Assembly: GCA_045159875.1 (NCBI GenBank)
Contig: CP067995.1
Coordinates: forward strand, 2,240,001-2,304,000
Length of the DNA stretch: 64,000 nt
Reading direction: 5' to 3'
DNA from: a cyanobacterium endosymbiont of Rhopalodia gibba
GTDB taxonomy: Bacteria > Cyanobacteriota > Cyanobacteriia > Cyanobacteriales > Microcystaceae
Part shown: piece by piece, positions 33,536-44,021 of the stretch
Layout: the number at the start of each line of letters is the position of its first letter
How positions within the stretch are numbered: the stretch's first letter is position 1
Position numbers and translations under genes: made by a program
The notes under the pieces: model-generated
Databases searched by the model: none
The model's input: the letters and a program-made list of their open reading frames with translations, nothing else
Told to the model about the DNA's origin: nothing

Positions 33536-33789
33536 AACTAAGATAGGCTCTCACAGTGTACTTATGGCACTCAAAAAATTCGATACTTTGCAGAGTGGAT
33601 TAGACACCCCTTATTATTAAATAATAATGAACCAGTTTTTATCTGTACCGTAACTTGCCAAAGTGGGTGTTGTGAATGATTGTACCGTTTGTTTCAAACT
33701 TTGGGAAGAGATACATTGCTCTGTAGCAGATAAAAATAAGAGATAAGAAAACTAACCTGGATACTTTTTATTGTTACCTTTTTCGCTGA

Positions 33790-34340
33790 AAACAGTTTCA
33801 TCAGATTAATAGTAAATTTTAAATAAAATTAAGTAACATATCCTCTTTTCAGAAAGTCTCATAATTATCTAATATTTTGCTTTTTTTCCCTTATCAATAA
33901 ATTTCTACTGTTTATCTTTTTAATTAATTAACCTTTCTGAATCTTATTTTATCATCCGTGATATTTTTTTATCTTAATCCTTTAAATATTTTAATCTATC
34001 ACTAGTAGAAGAAATATTCATTGTTGTTTAAGGTTTAAATAGTTCCATTTTTTTTAAATTATCTAAGCATTATCAGAGGCTCTATCTGAGTTATTTGCAA
34101 GCTTAAAACCTTTTAATAAATAAAAAGCGGTCTTTAAATGATTATTTTGATGTCAGTTCCAAAGTTTTACCGTAGTTCCAATATTCCTCTCCTGTTCTTC
34201 TTGATGGCATAATTATCCTGGTGTCTATCAAGATTTCTTTCAAACTGTAAATCTCGGTTATCTTGGCAAAGTTGAGATAATTATTTATCAGCAAGTTTAA
34301 ATTACTAAAACCTAACTTCCAGATACTTAACTATCGTTTA
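33790..34340 (-). pseudogene. Uma2 family (DUF820) endonuclease pseudogene
   Basis: DK*LSQLCQDNRDLQFERN (DEQFYQLCQxNRDLRFER) and KGFKLANNSDRASDNA*II*KKWNYLNLKQQ (GFKLPNGADRSPDAAWI..RWNALTPEQ). Confidence 0.8.
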
Positions 34341-34374
34341 GATTTCTCATCATCGTTATATTAAATATTGATTT

Positions 34375-35475
34375 TTAGTCTTTTTTAGCACTTACTATAG
34401 ATTCAATCGTCTGTAGTAGTTTGTCCTGAGTCCATTTATATGATAAGCTAGCGGCGATTGCACATCCCCCAGACCCGACGCCCTCTTTAACAAATCCTTG
34501 TTCATACACCGATAATTGAGGATAGAAAGACTTAGCAAAACTCAACTGAGTCGCTAAGAGGGGAACCCCACTGATCATCTTCGCTAACCCTACTGTGTCC
34601 CCTGTAGAATCTTCAACGACCCAACGAGTTGTTCCTACAATAATTTGGTCTAGATTAGCTTTTTTTTGAGAATTTTTGACAATTGCCTTGATCAAAGCAT
34701 AGACTGCTAACATTTGAGTCCCTCCAGCCAAGAGTACCCCTATCCGGTGGCTAGCGGTGATTGCCATACCTGCCGCCACAATTTGCATAGGATCACCCAC
34801 CGCTGCAACGAGAGAAAAAGGATTAATAGGTTGTAAAACAGGGTAAATTCCGGCTTTAGTAAGTCCCATCCGAACAATAGACCATTTTTGCTCATGATTG
34901 CATTTAGAATGACTACTATTAACTTTTCCAATTGCATTAAAACCTAATCCTGTGAGAATGGCCAGGGCAGTAGTAGTTCCTCCCACAACACATTCACTCA
35001 GAATCAAATAAGAATTTGGGTATTTTTTAGCTATTTTTTCTCCCCATTGTAACCCTTGCTGAAATAGATGATTAATGACAGTTAAAGGTAAAGCTTTTCC
35101 TGTTGTAACACAATTGGCACTAATACCTTTTAAATTAAAATTAGGAACAGGGGGAGGGAACGGTAAACCAGCATTAAACAGATAAATAGGAATATTAAGA
35201 GTTTTTAGAATAGCGCGGGTAATAAATACTGGTGAAACTCCCTTAGTTAAGGGAGGTAAAGGATGTTGATAATGAGATTGAATCCCTTTAAATAAAAATT
35301 CTGCGTCGGCGATCGCGGTATATTTTCGATCTTCTGGCATAGCCCCAGCCGCAGAAACTCCTGGGATTAATCCTGTGGATGTAAACCCTAAAATGCAAGC
35401 AAAAACTGGATTATAGTTTTGATTAGATTCCAGCCATTGTTTACCTTTTTTTTGTTGTGTATAAACTTGAATCAC
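34375..35475 (-). CDS. cobT: Nicotinate-nucleotide:dimethylbenzimidazole phosphoribosyltransferase (cyanobacterial/archaeal type)
   Basis: IPGVSAAGA, YTAIADAEFL, SECVVGGTTTA, LAGGTQMLAV, GTTRWV, YEQGFVKEGVGSGG. Confidence 0.9.
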   Translation of the reverse strand: MIQVYTQQKKGKQWLESNQNYNPVFACILGFTSTGLIPGVSAAGAMPEDRKYTAIADAEFLFKGIQSHYQHPLPPLTKGVSPVFITRAILKTLNIPIYLFNAGLPFPPPVPNFNLKGISANCVTTGKALPLTVINHLFQQGLQWGEKIAKKYPNSYLILSECVVGGTTTALAILTGLGFNAIGKVNSSHSKCNHEQKWSIVRMGLTKAGIYPVLQPINPFSLVAAVGDPMQIVAAGMAITASHRIGVLLAGGTQMLAVYALIKAIVKNSQKKANLDQIIVGTTRWVVEDSTGDTVGLAKMISGVPLLATQLSFAKSFYPQLSVYEQGFVKEGVGSGGCAIAASLSYKWTQDKLLQTIESIVSAKKD

Positions 35476-35548
35476 TGATTTTCAAACACCTATTTAAAAA
35501 ATAAATCCATAAATCACTTTTCACCTGCTTGAGATATTTAGTAATTAC

Positions 35549-36331
35549 TTATTGTCTATAATCCAAAATTGTTTGAATTAATCTGGGAGGCTTAGGTATA
35601 GGATTTCCTATCTTATCTAAGATTAACAAAGCGATTAAATGAACAGCAAATAAATAAATTAAACTATTAAAAATAACCAATCCAATAGTCAGTAATTGAA
35701 TCAAATAAAAACTAGGTTGAGATAAAATTCCTGATTTAATAAATAACCATTGAGCCAATTCAGTGATTTGAATAATCATATACTGCCATAAATCTTCTCC
35801 TAATAAAATTGAAAATAACCAGAAACGAAAAAAGAAGCCGAACGTCCCAATTAACGCACCTGTTACCATAGAAAATAGCCAATTTGTCCTACGTCGCCAA
35901 CAATATCCTAATTGAACCCCCATCAAGCCATAGGGCATCAAAAAAACAACACTACGGGTAGGACCCATTAACACTGTTAATAGTAACCCAGATACTAATA
36001 CTCCTATCCAAGCAGCGCGATATCCCCATCGTAGATAAATTAAAGCAATAGGAATAGGAAAGAAAATCCTTAAAAAAGGACCGATGGGAAAATAATAATT
36101 AATCAACCAAATCAAGCTACAAGTACTAGCTAAAAAAGCTGTTTCCACCATTGCTAGAGTGCTACTTTCTTTGATTTTAGATAGGGATAAAGGTTGAATA
36201 TTTTTTAGGTTAGACGGAGGTGCAGTAACTGTTTCTTGAACGTCATCATCAACCCAATTAGAATCAATATTCGTTAAAGCATTAGATTCCCAATCAGATC
36301 CTGAATTAGCATCATTAGAAGAATAGTTCAT
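35549..36331 (-). CDS. DUF2232 family membrane protein
   Basis: MVETAFLAS..LIWLINYYFP, LMGPTRS, LLGEDLW; typical neighbour of cobT. Confidence 0.85.
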   Translation of the reverse strand: MNYSSNDANSGSDWESNALTNIDSNWVDDDVQETVTAPPSNLKNIQPLSLSKIKESSTLAMVETAFLASTCSLIWLINYYFPIGPFLRIFFPIPIALIYLRWGYRAAWIGVLVSGLLLTVLMGPTRSVVFLMPYGLMGVQLGYCWRRRTNWLFSMVTGALIGTFGFFFRFWLFSILLGEDLWQYMIIQITELAQWLFIKSGILSQPSFYLIQLLTIGLVIFNSLIYLFAVHLIALLILDKIGNPIPKPPRLIQTILDYRQ

Positions 36332-36564
36332 TAAAGAAAATTATCTCATTGAAATTTCAAGAAAAAACTAAGTAATAATTTGTTCTAAGTTATACAGATT
36401 TTAATTTTTCTAAACTAAGTATAATACATGTTAGTATCTAATAACTTTCAAAACTATTATTGTAAGCGTATTCTAATAATTTAAAAAATTGATTGCTGTA
36501 AAAATTAGGTCTTTAAAATTTTAAAATCCTCGCAAAGTAAGACTTTCAATTTTTTAAATTGTAA

Positions 36565-37135
36565 TGTTGTCACAGCTAGTCTGGCAAAGATTGTATTATC
36601 AATACACAGAATACCGTATGTTCCCGTAATTAAACCTTTTGTCTTCATTTTGTAAGTGACTGCGTTACGGTTTTCCTGTCCAATTCACTAATACTACTTA
36701 ATTCTCGATGGGGTAAGTCAACAATTTTGATGTCGTGTTTAGTTGTTTCTTCTTGTCCATTTGCTGAGAATAACAGAGTATCAGCTATCCGCGATGAACT
36801 GTCAATTTCGCGTAAACACAGTCAGTCGTAGGTTCAGTTGCCATACATAGACGTTTAGCAATCACTCCTATCAAAGGAATATTTATTACTATATTGTTGT
36901 AAAGAATACTAATAAATTTCTGGGTAGGAATACTGCTAACAGTCATAGTTGTTAGTCCAACAGCACCTGTGAAATGAAAAATCTCTCCTAAAGTAGTTAT
37001 TTCTCCTCTATCTATAAGAGATGAAAGTAACTTCTTTTACTTCAACACGATGAGTCTGGATTTTTACCCAACATTCTAAAATCAAATGAACCGGACTACC
37101 CCAATCATTTTTCATGAAAATTACTATATTAGGAG
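36565..37135 (-). pseudogene. Crp/Fnr family regulator (SYCRP1-like cAMP receptor protein) pseudogene
   Basis: KNDWGSPVHLILECWVKIQTH..KEVT (ENDWGxSVYFIxEGWVKIRTYNLDGKEVT) and LREIDSSSRIADTLLF..DLPHRELSSISELDRKTVT (HTH NLPHRELSSLSGLARETVTR); frameshifts and stops. Confidence 0.9.
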
Positions 37136-37396
37136 GTTAACTACAGATAACACAAAGTATGATGATAAATTATTAATTTAAATCTAGAAATACAGCAAAT
37201 AAAGAATAATTATCCTAAAATCTTCAATATCAATGTTTTCATTATAGTGGGATTTTCTATATGTAATTTAATGCCCAAGCGGATTTTTGATCTATCTGTT
37301 ATGCTAAGCCTAGCAAAAATTGTCAGCCTGATTGTTAACTTTTAAAAGTTAGTTTGTTCTATTGAATTTTTTTTGTGAGATTTTTAGCGAGTAAAT

Positions 37397-39160
37397 GTGA
37401 TTTTTCAAGATGATCTTGCCATTTTGATTGCTGACCTTGAAGAAATTCTCTGGGATGGTCAGTTATTAAACGATCCAGGCGTGTTGGCCTTCTTAGAGAG
37501 GGTACGATATTATTTGCTCACTCATGAGTCTTATAGGAAGCCCGAAAATTATCAAAAAAGGGCTGAGATACTAACCGAAGATATTTTAAAAAGACTAGAG
37601 ACCCAAATAATACCCTGGGTACAATCCGTGGAAAATGATCTAGAGAATTTACGTAACCAAAAACAGTCTCTGCTCCAAGAAATTCGGCAGTTAGAATACA
37701 AACGACAACAAATAATGTCTGAATTTTTAGAAAAGTTAACTATCGGTTACACTCAAGTTATCGAAGGACAATCTTCTAATTCTCAAAAAAGTGACCGTTT
37801 CGGTAAAGGTTCCTTAAACAATCTCTCAGTTTCTCCCGAAATGTCTTCAGAAAGGTTAGCCGGTTATATAGATTGGGCCCTAGGAAAAATTTTAGACAGT
37901 CTTGGACAAGACTCACAAACTTATTCTGATTGTCTAGCTCAAGAAATCGAAGGAATACATAGTTTTGGAGAGTGGAGGGAAGCTAAATTTCTAGCCTATT
38001 CTAATTACTTGCAGCAACAATTAGAAGCAACGGTGGATAGAAGTACCCTAACTTCGTCACTTCCCGAACAATCTGCCAGGGTAAAGTCTACTCGGGAAAG
38101 ATGGTTTTTAGGAATTGATTTAACTTCTGAGCAACTGATGGCTGTTTTATTGGGATTCAGCGCTACAACCAATCCTAATACAGGAATTTCCACTTTAGAA
38201 GAAACAGTTAACCTTTCGTCGGTTACATCTTCTGATGTAATGAATCCTTTAGCCAGATGGAAACTGGCCTTAAAGACTCTTAAAACTCAGTTAATGGCTC
38301 AAACGACCTCTTTGACTTTAGGGGAAACACAATATTCTGTAGCTCGGATCATCAATAAATTGCAGGGAATTATTGTAGTTTGTCCTGGTCAATGGAATTT
38401 GGTTGATCGCACCCATCTTCAAAGTCTAATTTCAGATACTTACTCGTTGTCAACTTCAGATCAGATTGTCTGGGTCCCTAAAGCAATCGCTGTTGCTTTG
38501 AGTTATCTTTCTCCTGCTGAAACAACGAGAAACACCTTGATTATTGATGTAGGAGAAACAATTACAGAGTTAGCTTTAGTGAATGTTAAAAAGCCCTTTT
38601 CTAGTTTAATTAGCAGACAATTAACATACGCTTTTCACTCGATAGATCAAGATATTTTCTGTCAACTTATTTATCCTCAATGGCAATCTAAAATTACTAA
38701 AATATCATCCCGTCTTCAACCGTATTTTCCGCAAGTAGGAAGTACTGACTTATTCTCACGAGAAGCTTTTAATCAACAATTAAAAAATCATCCTTTGGGG
38801 AATACTTTTCTAGAAGCAGCTCAATTAACTCGACTTATTTTAAAACAACAAGATAGTTTTGTTTCTTCGTTAGGAGAAAAATCTTGGGGTGTAACTCGTC
38901 AGGAATTTATACAGCAGATTACTATTCACTGGATTAAAAAATTAAATGAAACTTTAAACAGTCTTTTTAGTTTAGGAGAAACTTCTAAATATGGAATAGG
39001 ACAGATTATTCTTTGTGGAAAAGAAATAGAGACAGTTGATTATATTTTATGTGCCTGGTTACAGAAATTTTTTTTTCATAAACCTGTTATTTTAAAACAA
39101 AAAAAACAATCAGAAAATAAATTAACCCAAGGATTGGGTTACATACCAAATTTTCTTTAG
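37397..39160 (+). CDS. Hypothetical protein: N-terminal coiled coil plus divergent Hsp70/actin-like fold
   Basis: 587-aa open frame; WFLGIDL, IIVVCPGQW, VWVPKAIAVALSY, TLIIDVGETITELAL and QIILCG echo Hsp70-family motifs. Confidence 0.7.
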   Translation: MIFQDDLAILIADLEEILWDGQLLNDPGVLAFLERVRYYLLTHESYRKPENYQKRAEILTEDILKRLETQIIPWVQSVENDLENLRNQKQSLLQEIRQLEYKRQQIMSEFLEKLTIGYTQVIEGQSSNSQKSDRFGKGSLNNLSVSPEMSSERLAGYIDWALGKILDSLGQDSQTYSDCLAQEIEGIHSFGEWREAKFLAYSNYLQQQLEATVDRSTLTSSLPEQSARVKSTRERWFLGIDLTSEQLMAVLLGFSATTNPNTGISTLEETVNLSSVTSSDVMNPLARWKLALKTLKTQLMAQTTSLTLGETQYSVARIINKLQGIIVVCPGQWNLVDRTHLQSLISDTYSLSTSDQIVWVPKAIAVALSYLSPAETTRNTLIIDVGETITELALVNVKKPFSSLISRQLTYAFHSIDQDIFCQLIYPQWQSKITKISSRLQPYFPQVGSTDLFSREAFNQQLKNHPLGNTFLEAAQLTRLILKQQDSFVSSLGEKSWGVTRQEFIQQITIHWIKKLNETLNSLFSLGETSKYGIGQIILCGKEIETVDYILCAWLQKFFFHKPVILKQKKQSENKLTQGLGYIPNFL

Positions 39161-39198
39161 ATAAATAATGTACAACAACCCACCAAGCTAGATTAATA

Positions 39199-40737
39199 CT
39201 AATCTTCTTGTTCGTCATTAATATCTAGCATTCCTTCTCCAAATTTATGTTGGGGCGGAATGGCTGCAATAATAGCATCAACCACTTTATTAATCGCAAT
39301 AATTTCTATTCCAATATCATCAGCAAAAGTCTGACCTTGAGGTACAATTGCTCGTTTAAAGCCTAACTTAGCTGCTTCTTTTAGACGCAGTTCCATTTGG
39401 GACACCAACCGAACTTGTCCCCCTAATCCTACTTCACCAATCAAGACAGTACGAGGATCAACTACCCGATCACGAAAACTAGCCACCACAGCAATCGCCA
39501 CGCCTAAGTCAGCGGCCGGTTCTTCCACCCCCAACCCACCTGCGGAGGCTACATAAGCATCCAATTTTGATAACGGAATCCCTACCCGCTTCTCCAAAAC
39601 GGCTAAAATCTGTTGTAGGCGACTATAATCAACTCCAGTAGTGGAACGACGAGGGGAAGAATAACTCGTAGGACTGACTAATGCTTGCAACTCTACCACT
39701 AAAGGACGAGTTCCCTCACAAGCAACTACAGTAGCGGTTCCTGGAACAAATTCATCACGGCTACCCAAAAATAATTCCGAGGGGTTAGAGACTTCTATTA
39801 ACCCATGTTCGGCCATTTCAAAAATTCCGATTTCATGAGTTGCCCCAAAGCGATTTTTAACTGATCTGAGAAGACGATGGGAAGCATAGCGATCACCCTC
39901 AAAATATAGGACTGTATCGACCAAATGTTCAAGCACTCTTGGTCCTGCAATTATCCCTTCTTTAGTTACGTGACCAATGATCAGTAGAGTGATGTTCTCC
40001 TGTTTAGCTACTTGCATCAACGCTGAAGTACACTCACGGACTTGGGCGACTGAACCGGGGGCTGAAGTTAGGGCAGCAAAATAGAGAGTTTGAATACTAT
40101 CAATAACAGCAACTTGTGGCTTTAAGGATTCTAACTCTCGCAGAATTTCTTCCAAATCTGTTTCTGGTAAGATGTAAAGGTTGGCATGAGTGTTATTTGT
40201 CTCTGAATTTGCTGATTTGGGGTTTTTAAGTTCTTGACCATTACTTTTAACATCAGTGGTCGTTGTTGTTTCTTTGAACCCTAACCGAGAGGCCCTTAAT
40301 TTCACCTGTTGTCCTGATTCTTCAGCAGATACATAGAGAATGCGAGGTAATCTTTGGGACAGTTGGTTAGCTGTTTGTAGCAATAGAGTGGATTTCCCAA
40401 TTCCCGGATCACCCCCAATCAAAACAAGAGAACCAGGAACCATACCCCCACCGAGAACTCGGTCTAATTCTTCATATCCCGACGAAAACCTAAATTGTTC
40501 CTCTTGGGTGATTTCCGAAAACGGAACTGAAATTCGGGGTTGGGGAGGTGTAGCGGAGGTATTCTGCGAACGGGTGTTAGATTGCCATCCTCCTCGTAAA
40601 ATCCCCCCTGATAGACTGGGGTTAATAATTTGTTCTTCCAGCGTTCCATAAACTCCGCAACTAGGGCATTTGCCAAACCACTGAGGAGATTCTGCACCAC
40701 AGGCATTACAAATATGAATGGTCCGAGATTTTACCAT
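39199..40737 (-). CDS. radA: DNA repair protein RadA/Sms
   Basis: C4 zinc finger, GGDPGIGKST, KNRFG motif, Lon-like C-terminus. Confidence 0.97.
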   Translation of the reverse strand: MVKSRTIHICNACGAESPQWFGKCPSCGVYGTLEEQIINPSLSGGILRGGWQSNTRSQNTSATPPQPRISVPFSEITQEEQFRFSSGYEELDRVLGGGMVPGSLVLIGGDPGIGKSTLLLQTANQLSQRLPRILYVSAEESGQQVKLRASRLGFKETTTTTDVKSNGQELKNPKSANSETNNTHANLYILPETDLEEILRELESLKPQVAVIDSIQTLYFAALTSAPGSVAQVRECTSALMQVAKQENITLLIIGHVTKEGIIAGPRVLEHLVDTVLYFEGDRYASHRLLRSVKNRFGATHEIGIFEMAEHGLIEVSNPSELFLGSRDEFVPGTATVVACEGTRPLVVELQALVSPTSYSSPRRSTTGVDYSRLQQILAVLEKRVGIPLSKLDAYVASAGGLGVEEPAADLGVAIAVVASFRDRVVDPRTVLIGEVGLGGQVRLVSQMELRLKEAAKLGFKRAIVPQGQTFADDIGIEIIAINKVVDAIIAAIPPQHKFGEGMLDINDEQED

Positions 40738-40964
40738 AATGCCTTTTTTAAGAAAGGTTAAAAAAACTTAAAAAACTAGCTGGTTCGAGTCCAAAATAAT
40801 TAAAAAATGATAAGGGGTATGCTGTTTCATTATCCCGTTAAAAATCGTGACTACAGGGAAATAATCTATAATCATTGACTTAATCATAATGGGAAAGCGA
40901 TATTCTAAAAACAGAAATGTCGTTATGTAACTTAAAAGTTCAGAAATTTTACATTTAAGGAGTA

Positions 40965-41705
40965 TTGGAGAAATTGGAAATTCATAAAGAGAAAATTTTA
41001 GTAGTTGATGATGAAGCCAGTATCCGTCGCATTTTAGAAACTCGTTTGTCTATGATTGGTTATGATGTTGTCACAGCTGCCGATGGAGAAGAAGCTTTAG
41101 ACACTTTTCATAAAGCTGATCCTGATTTAGTCGTTTTGGATGTTATGATGCCTAAGCTTGATGGTTATGGTGTCTGTCAAGAATTACGCAAAGAATCGGA
41201 CATCCCCATTATCATGTTAACTGCTTTAGGAGATGTTGCTGATCGAATTACGGGGTTAGAGTTGGGGGCTGATGATTATGTAGTTAAACCTTTTTCCCCT
41301 AAGGAATTAGAAGCGAGAATTAGATCGGTGTTGCGACGGGCTGACAAGAATGGAACTCCGGGAATTCCCAGTTCAGGGGTCATTCATGTCGGGTTAATTA
41401 GAATTGATACGAACAAACGTCAAGTTTACAAAGGGGATGAACGCATCCGCTTGACGGGGATGGAATTTAGTTTATTAGAGCTGTTAGTCAGTCGCTCAGG
41501 TGAGCCTTTTTCTCGTTCAGAAATTCTACAGGAAGTCTGGGGATATACTCCCGAACGCCATGTGGATACCCGTGTAGTAGATGTTCATATTTCCCGTCTC
41601 AGGGCAAAATTAGAGGATGATCCGAGTAATCCTGAATTGATTCTGACGGCTAGAGGAACTGGCTATCTCTTTCAACGTATTTTAGAAGCAGGAGAAGAGT
41701 TTTGA
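40965..41705 (+). CDS. rpaB: OmpR-family response regulator RpaB (Ycf27)
   Basis: KEKILVVDDEASIRRILETRLSMIGY...WGYTPERHVDTRVVDVHISRLRAKLEDDPSNPELILTARGTGY. Confidence 0.95.
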   Translation: MEKLEIHKEKILVVDDEASIRRILETRLSMIGYDVVTAADGEEALDTFHKADPDLVVLDVMMPKLDGYGVCQELRKESDIPIIMLTALGDVADRITGLELGADDYVVKPFSPKELEARIRSVLRRADKNGTPGIPSSGVIHVGLIRIDTNKRQVYKGDERIRLTGMEFSLLELLVSRSGEPFSRSEILQEVWGYTPERHVDTRVVDVHISRLRAKLEDDPSNPELILTARGTGYLFQRILEAGEEF

Positions 41706-41709
41706 CCAC

Positions 41710-41738
41710 TCCCCGTCAAGCTAAAGCTGTGGCGGGGA
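41710..41738. terminator. Hairpin between convergent rpaB and cbiD (putative terminator)
   Basis: TCCCCGTCA...TGGCGGGGA stem directly after the rpaB stop. Confidence 0.55.
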
Positions 41739-41814
41739 CAAAATACTCAGTTTCTATGTAGTGTATAAAGTTAATTTCAGACTTGGTGTACGGAGATTTT
41801 ACACAATGTTTTTG

Positions 41815-42951
41815 CTACTTGCAGACTTCATTGCTCATAATCAGTTTTCCGTGATTACTGCTAACAATGATAGAACAATCACGTCTAAATAAGACTGATC
41901 CTACTCTCACATCAACGTCAGCATGCTTACGAATATAAGCTTGACTTCTTTGATCAATCGTCTGAGCTATAGATTGATAGATTTTTTCAGTCCAATTACT
42001 TCCCGTTTGTTCATCACAATCCCGCAATAATTTTAATCCATTTTCCGTGGTAGAACTTTTTAAAAGCTGTTGTAACTTAGTAGTCGGACAACCTATTTTG
42101 GCTCCATGAGCAACTAAGATTTCTAATCTTCCATCAGCTAAATGATGATGAGTATGAAAAATTCCTCCCGCTAATTTAATTAATTTGCCATGATAACCAA
42201 ACAGTAGAAGAGAAACTAATTTTTGAAATCCAGCTGTTACTAATAAAGGGCCTAGCCAATTCGCAGTCTTAATTATTCTTTTGGGATTTATTCCTTGTTT
42301 TTTCGCTAACTCTAAGCCATTTTCTCCCAAACAAAATACTAAACTATTAAACTGTTTGGCTTTGGCAGTTAGTTCCTCCTGATATGCTGTTAATTGATTG
42401 GCAGCAGTTAGGGGTTGAGAAATGCCAGTAGTTCCTAACAAAGAAAGTCCTTTGACTACCCCAAATGACTCATTAGATGTTCTTCTAGCTAATTGTTTTC
42501 CTTCCGGTAAGATAATCGTTACAATAATACTCTCTGTTGGTTTGAGATATTTTTTAAGATTTTCCTGTAAGATTTTTTTTGCATAATGATAAATAGCGTG
42601 TTTCCTCTTATTATTAATTTGGATACCAATCCCCTCACCTCCTTTAACAAAAATTTGCTTGGAAGAATTTACTTGAGTTTTTTTAGCTAATTCAACTATT
42701 ACCCAAACTGGAGTATTTCTAGTTAAATCTAAATTATCTCCTGGATCACTTCTAGTAATTGCTAAAGCTGAATTCAGTCCGATTTTAGCTACTTGTTCAA
42801 CAGGAATCTTAACCACTTGGGACGGAAAAATTAAATCCACAGAGACAATATTTTTAATATCTTTGTTTTGGAGGTGACTTAAAGCAGCAATTGCTGATGC
42901 ACAAGCAAATACAGGTAACGTATAGCCAGACCGAGGTGATTTATTGATCAT
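41815..42951 (-). CDS. cbiD: Cobalt-precorrin-5B C1-methyltransferase
   Basis: RSGYTLPVFACA, SDPGDNLDLT, RTSNESFGVVKGLSLLGT, GYHGKLIKLAGGIFHTHHHLAD. Confidence 0.92.
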   Translation of the reverse strand: MINKSPRSGYTLPVFACASAIAALSHLQNKDIKNIVSVDLIFPSQVVKIPVEQVAKIGLNSALAITRSDPGDNLDLTRNTPVWVIVELAKKTQVNSSKQIFVKGGEGIGIQINNKRKHAIYHYAKKILQENLKKYLKPTESIIVTIILPEGKQLARRTSNESFGVVKGLSLLGTTGISQPLTAANQLTAYQEELTAKAKQFNSLVFCLGENGLELAKKQGINPKRIIKTANWLGPLLVTAGFQKLVSLLLFGYHGKLIKLAGGIFHTHHHLADGRLEILVAHGAKIGCPTTKLQQLLKSSTTENGLKLLRDCDEQTGSNWTEKIYQSIAQTIDQRSQAYIRKHADVDVRVGSVLFRRDCSIIVSSNHGKLIMSNEVCK

Positions 42952-43841
42952 CGTTTATTTCGTTGATTAGCCAATTTTAATTGCCGTTGTTTTTCTCGTT
43001 GACGCTCTATTTTATTTTTGGAAAAATCAGAAATACAGTGAGTACAAGAGACCCCCTCTTCATAGTCTAAAGATAGTTTTTCTATCCCAGAAATCGGATA
43101 ACCACAGCTAAGACACATTTCATAACTTCCTTTTTCTAAATTATGTTTAACCGCGACTCTTTTGTCAAAAACGAAACATTCTCCTTCCCACAAACTTTGT
43201 TCGGATTGTACTTTTTCTAAATATTTTAAAATTCCTCCTTTGAGGTGATAAACCTCCTTAAATCCTTTACTAACTAACAAAGAAGTTGCTTTTTCGCAAC
43301 GAATTCCACCCGTACAAAACATAGCTATTTTTTTGTGTTTGGATGGATGAAGATTTTGAGCAACATAATTAGGAAATTCCCGAAAAAAATTAGTCTTAGG
43401 ATTAACTGCTCCTTTAAAGCTTCCCATCTCTACCTCATAATTATTACGGGTATCAATAACTAAAATTTCTGGATTAGAAATTAAATGATTCCAGTCATTA
43501 TAATCAACATAGGTACCGACCTTTTCAAGCGGATTAATGTCTGGAATTCCTAGAGTAACAATCTCTTTTTTTAGTCGGACCTTCGTCCGTTTAAACGGTA
43601 AATACTCTATAGAGACTTCTTTTGTTTCTAAGTCAGTTAAGCGAGGATCACAACGTAAGTAATCTATTACAGCATCAAGTCCCTGACGAGACCCAGCAAT
43701 TGTTCCGTTTATTCCTTCTTGGGCTAATAAGATTGTACCTTTAATGGCTTTTTGGTAGCAAAGTTCTAGTAAAGGTTTTTGCTTGCTCTCAAAATCTGTT
43801 AGTCTCACGAATTTATAGAAGGTAGCGACGATTTGATTCAT
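42948..43841 (-). CDS. trhO: Rhodanese-domain tRNA uridine(34) hydroxylase (UPF0176)
   Basis: FYKFV, GTILLAQEGINGT, IDTRNNYE, MFCTGGIRCEKA, HLKGGILKYLE, GECFVFD. Overlaps the cbiD start by 4 nt. Confidence 0.9.
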   Translation of the reverse strand: MNQIVATFYKFVRLTDFESKQKPLLELCYQKAIKGTILLAQEGINGTIAGSRQGLDAVIDYLRCDPRLTDLETKEVSIEYLPFKRTKVRLKKEIVTLGIPDINPLEKVGTYVDYNDWNHLISNPEILVIDTRNNYEVEMGSFKGAVNPKTNFFREFPNYVAQNLHPSKHKKIAMFCTGGIRCEKATSLLVSKGFKEVYHLKGGILKYLEKVQSEQSLWEGECFVFDKRVAVKHNLEKGSYEMCLSCGYPISGIEKLSLDYEEGVSCTHCISDFSKNKIERQREKQRQLKLANQRNKR

Positions 43842-43948
43842 AGTAAGTTGCCTAGAAAAAACTTGTCATTTTAATGATTCTATGTGTATAATAACGGGGG
43901 TGAACAACTTATTGAGTACTTCTCAGAAATTGTCTGCCTGATGGGCAT

Positions 43949-44021
43949 GGGGATATAGCTCAGTTGGTAGAGCGCCTGCTTTGCAAGCAGGACGTCAGCG
44001 GTTCAAGTCCGCTTATCTCCA
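43949..44021 (+). tRNA. tRNA-Ala (anticodon TGC)
   Basis: Acceptor stem GGGGATA/TATCTCC with G3:U70, anticodon arm CCTGC-TTTGCAA-GCAGG, T-loop GTTCAAGT; CCA not encoded. Confidence 0.97.

Noticed and set aside
43949..44021. tRNA-Ala(TGC) as the relic of an rRNA operon spacer or a prophage attachment site
   Set aside because: No rRNA sequence nearby, and no integrase or duplicated tRNA 3' end seen; stand-alone tRNA-Ala(TGC) occurs in unicellular cyanobacteria.
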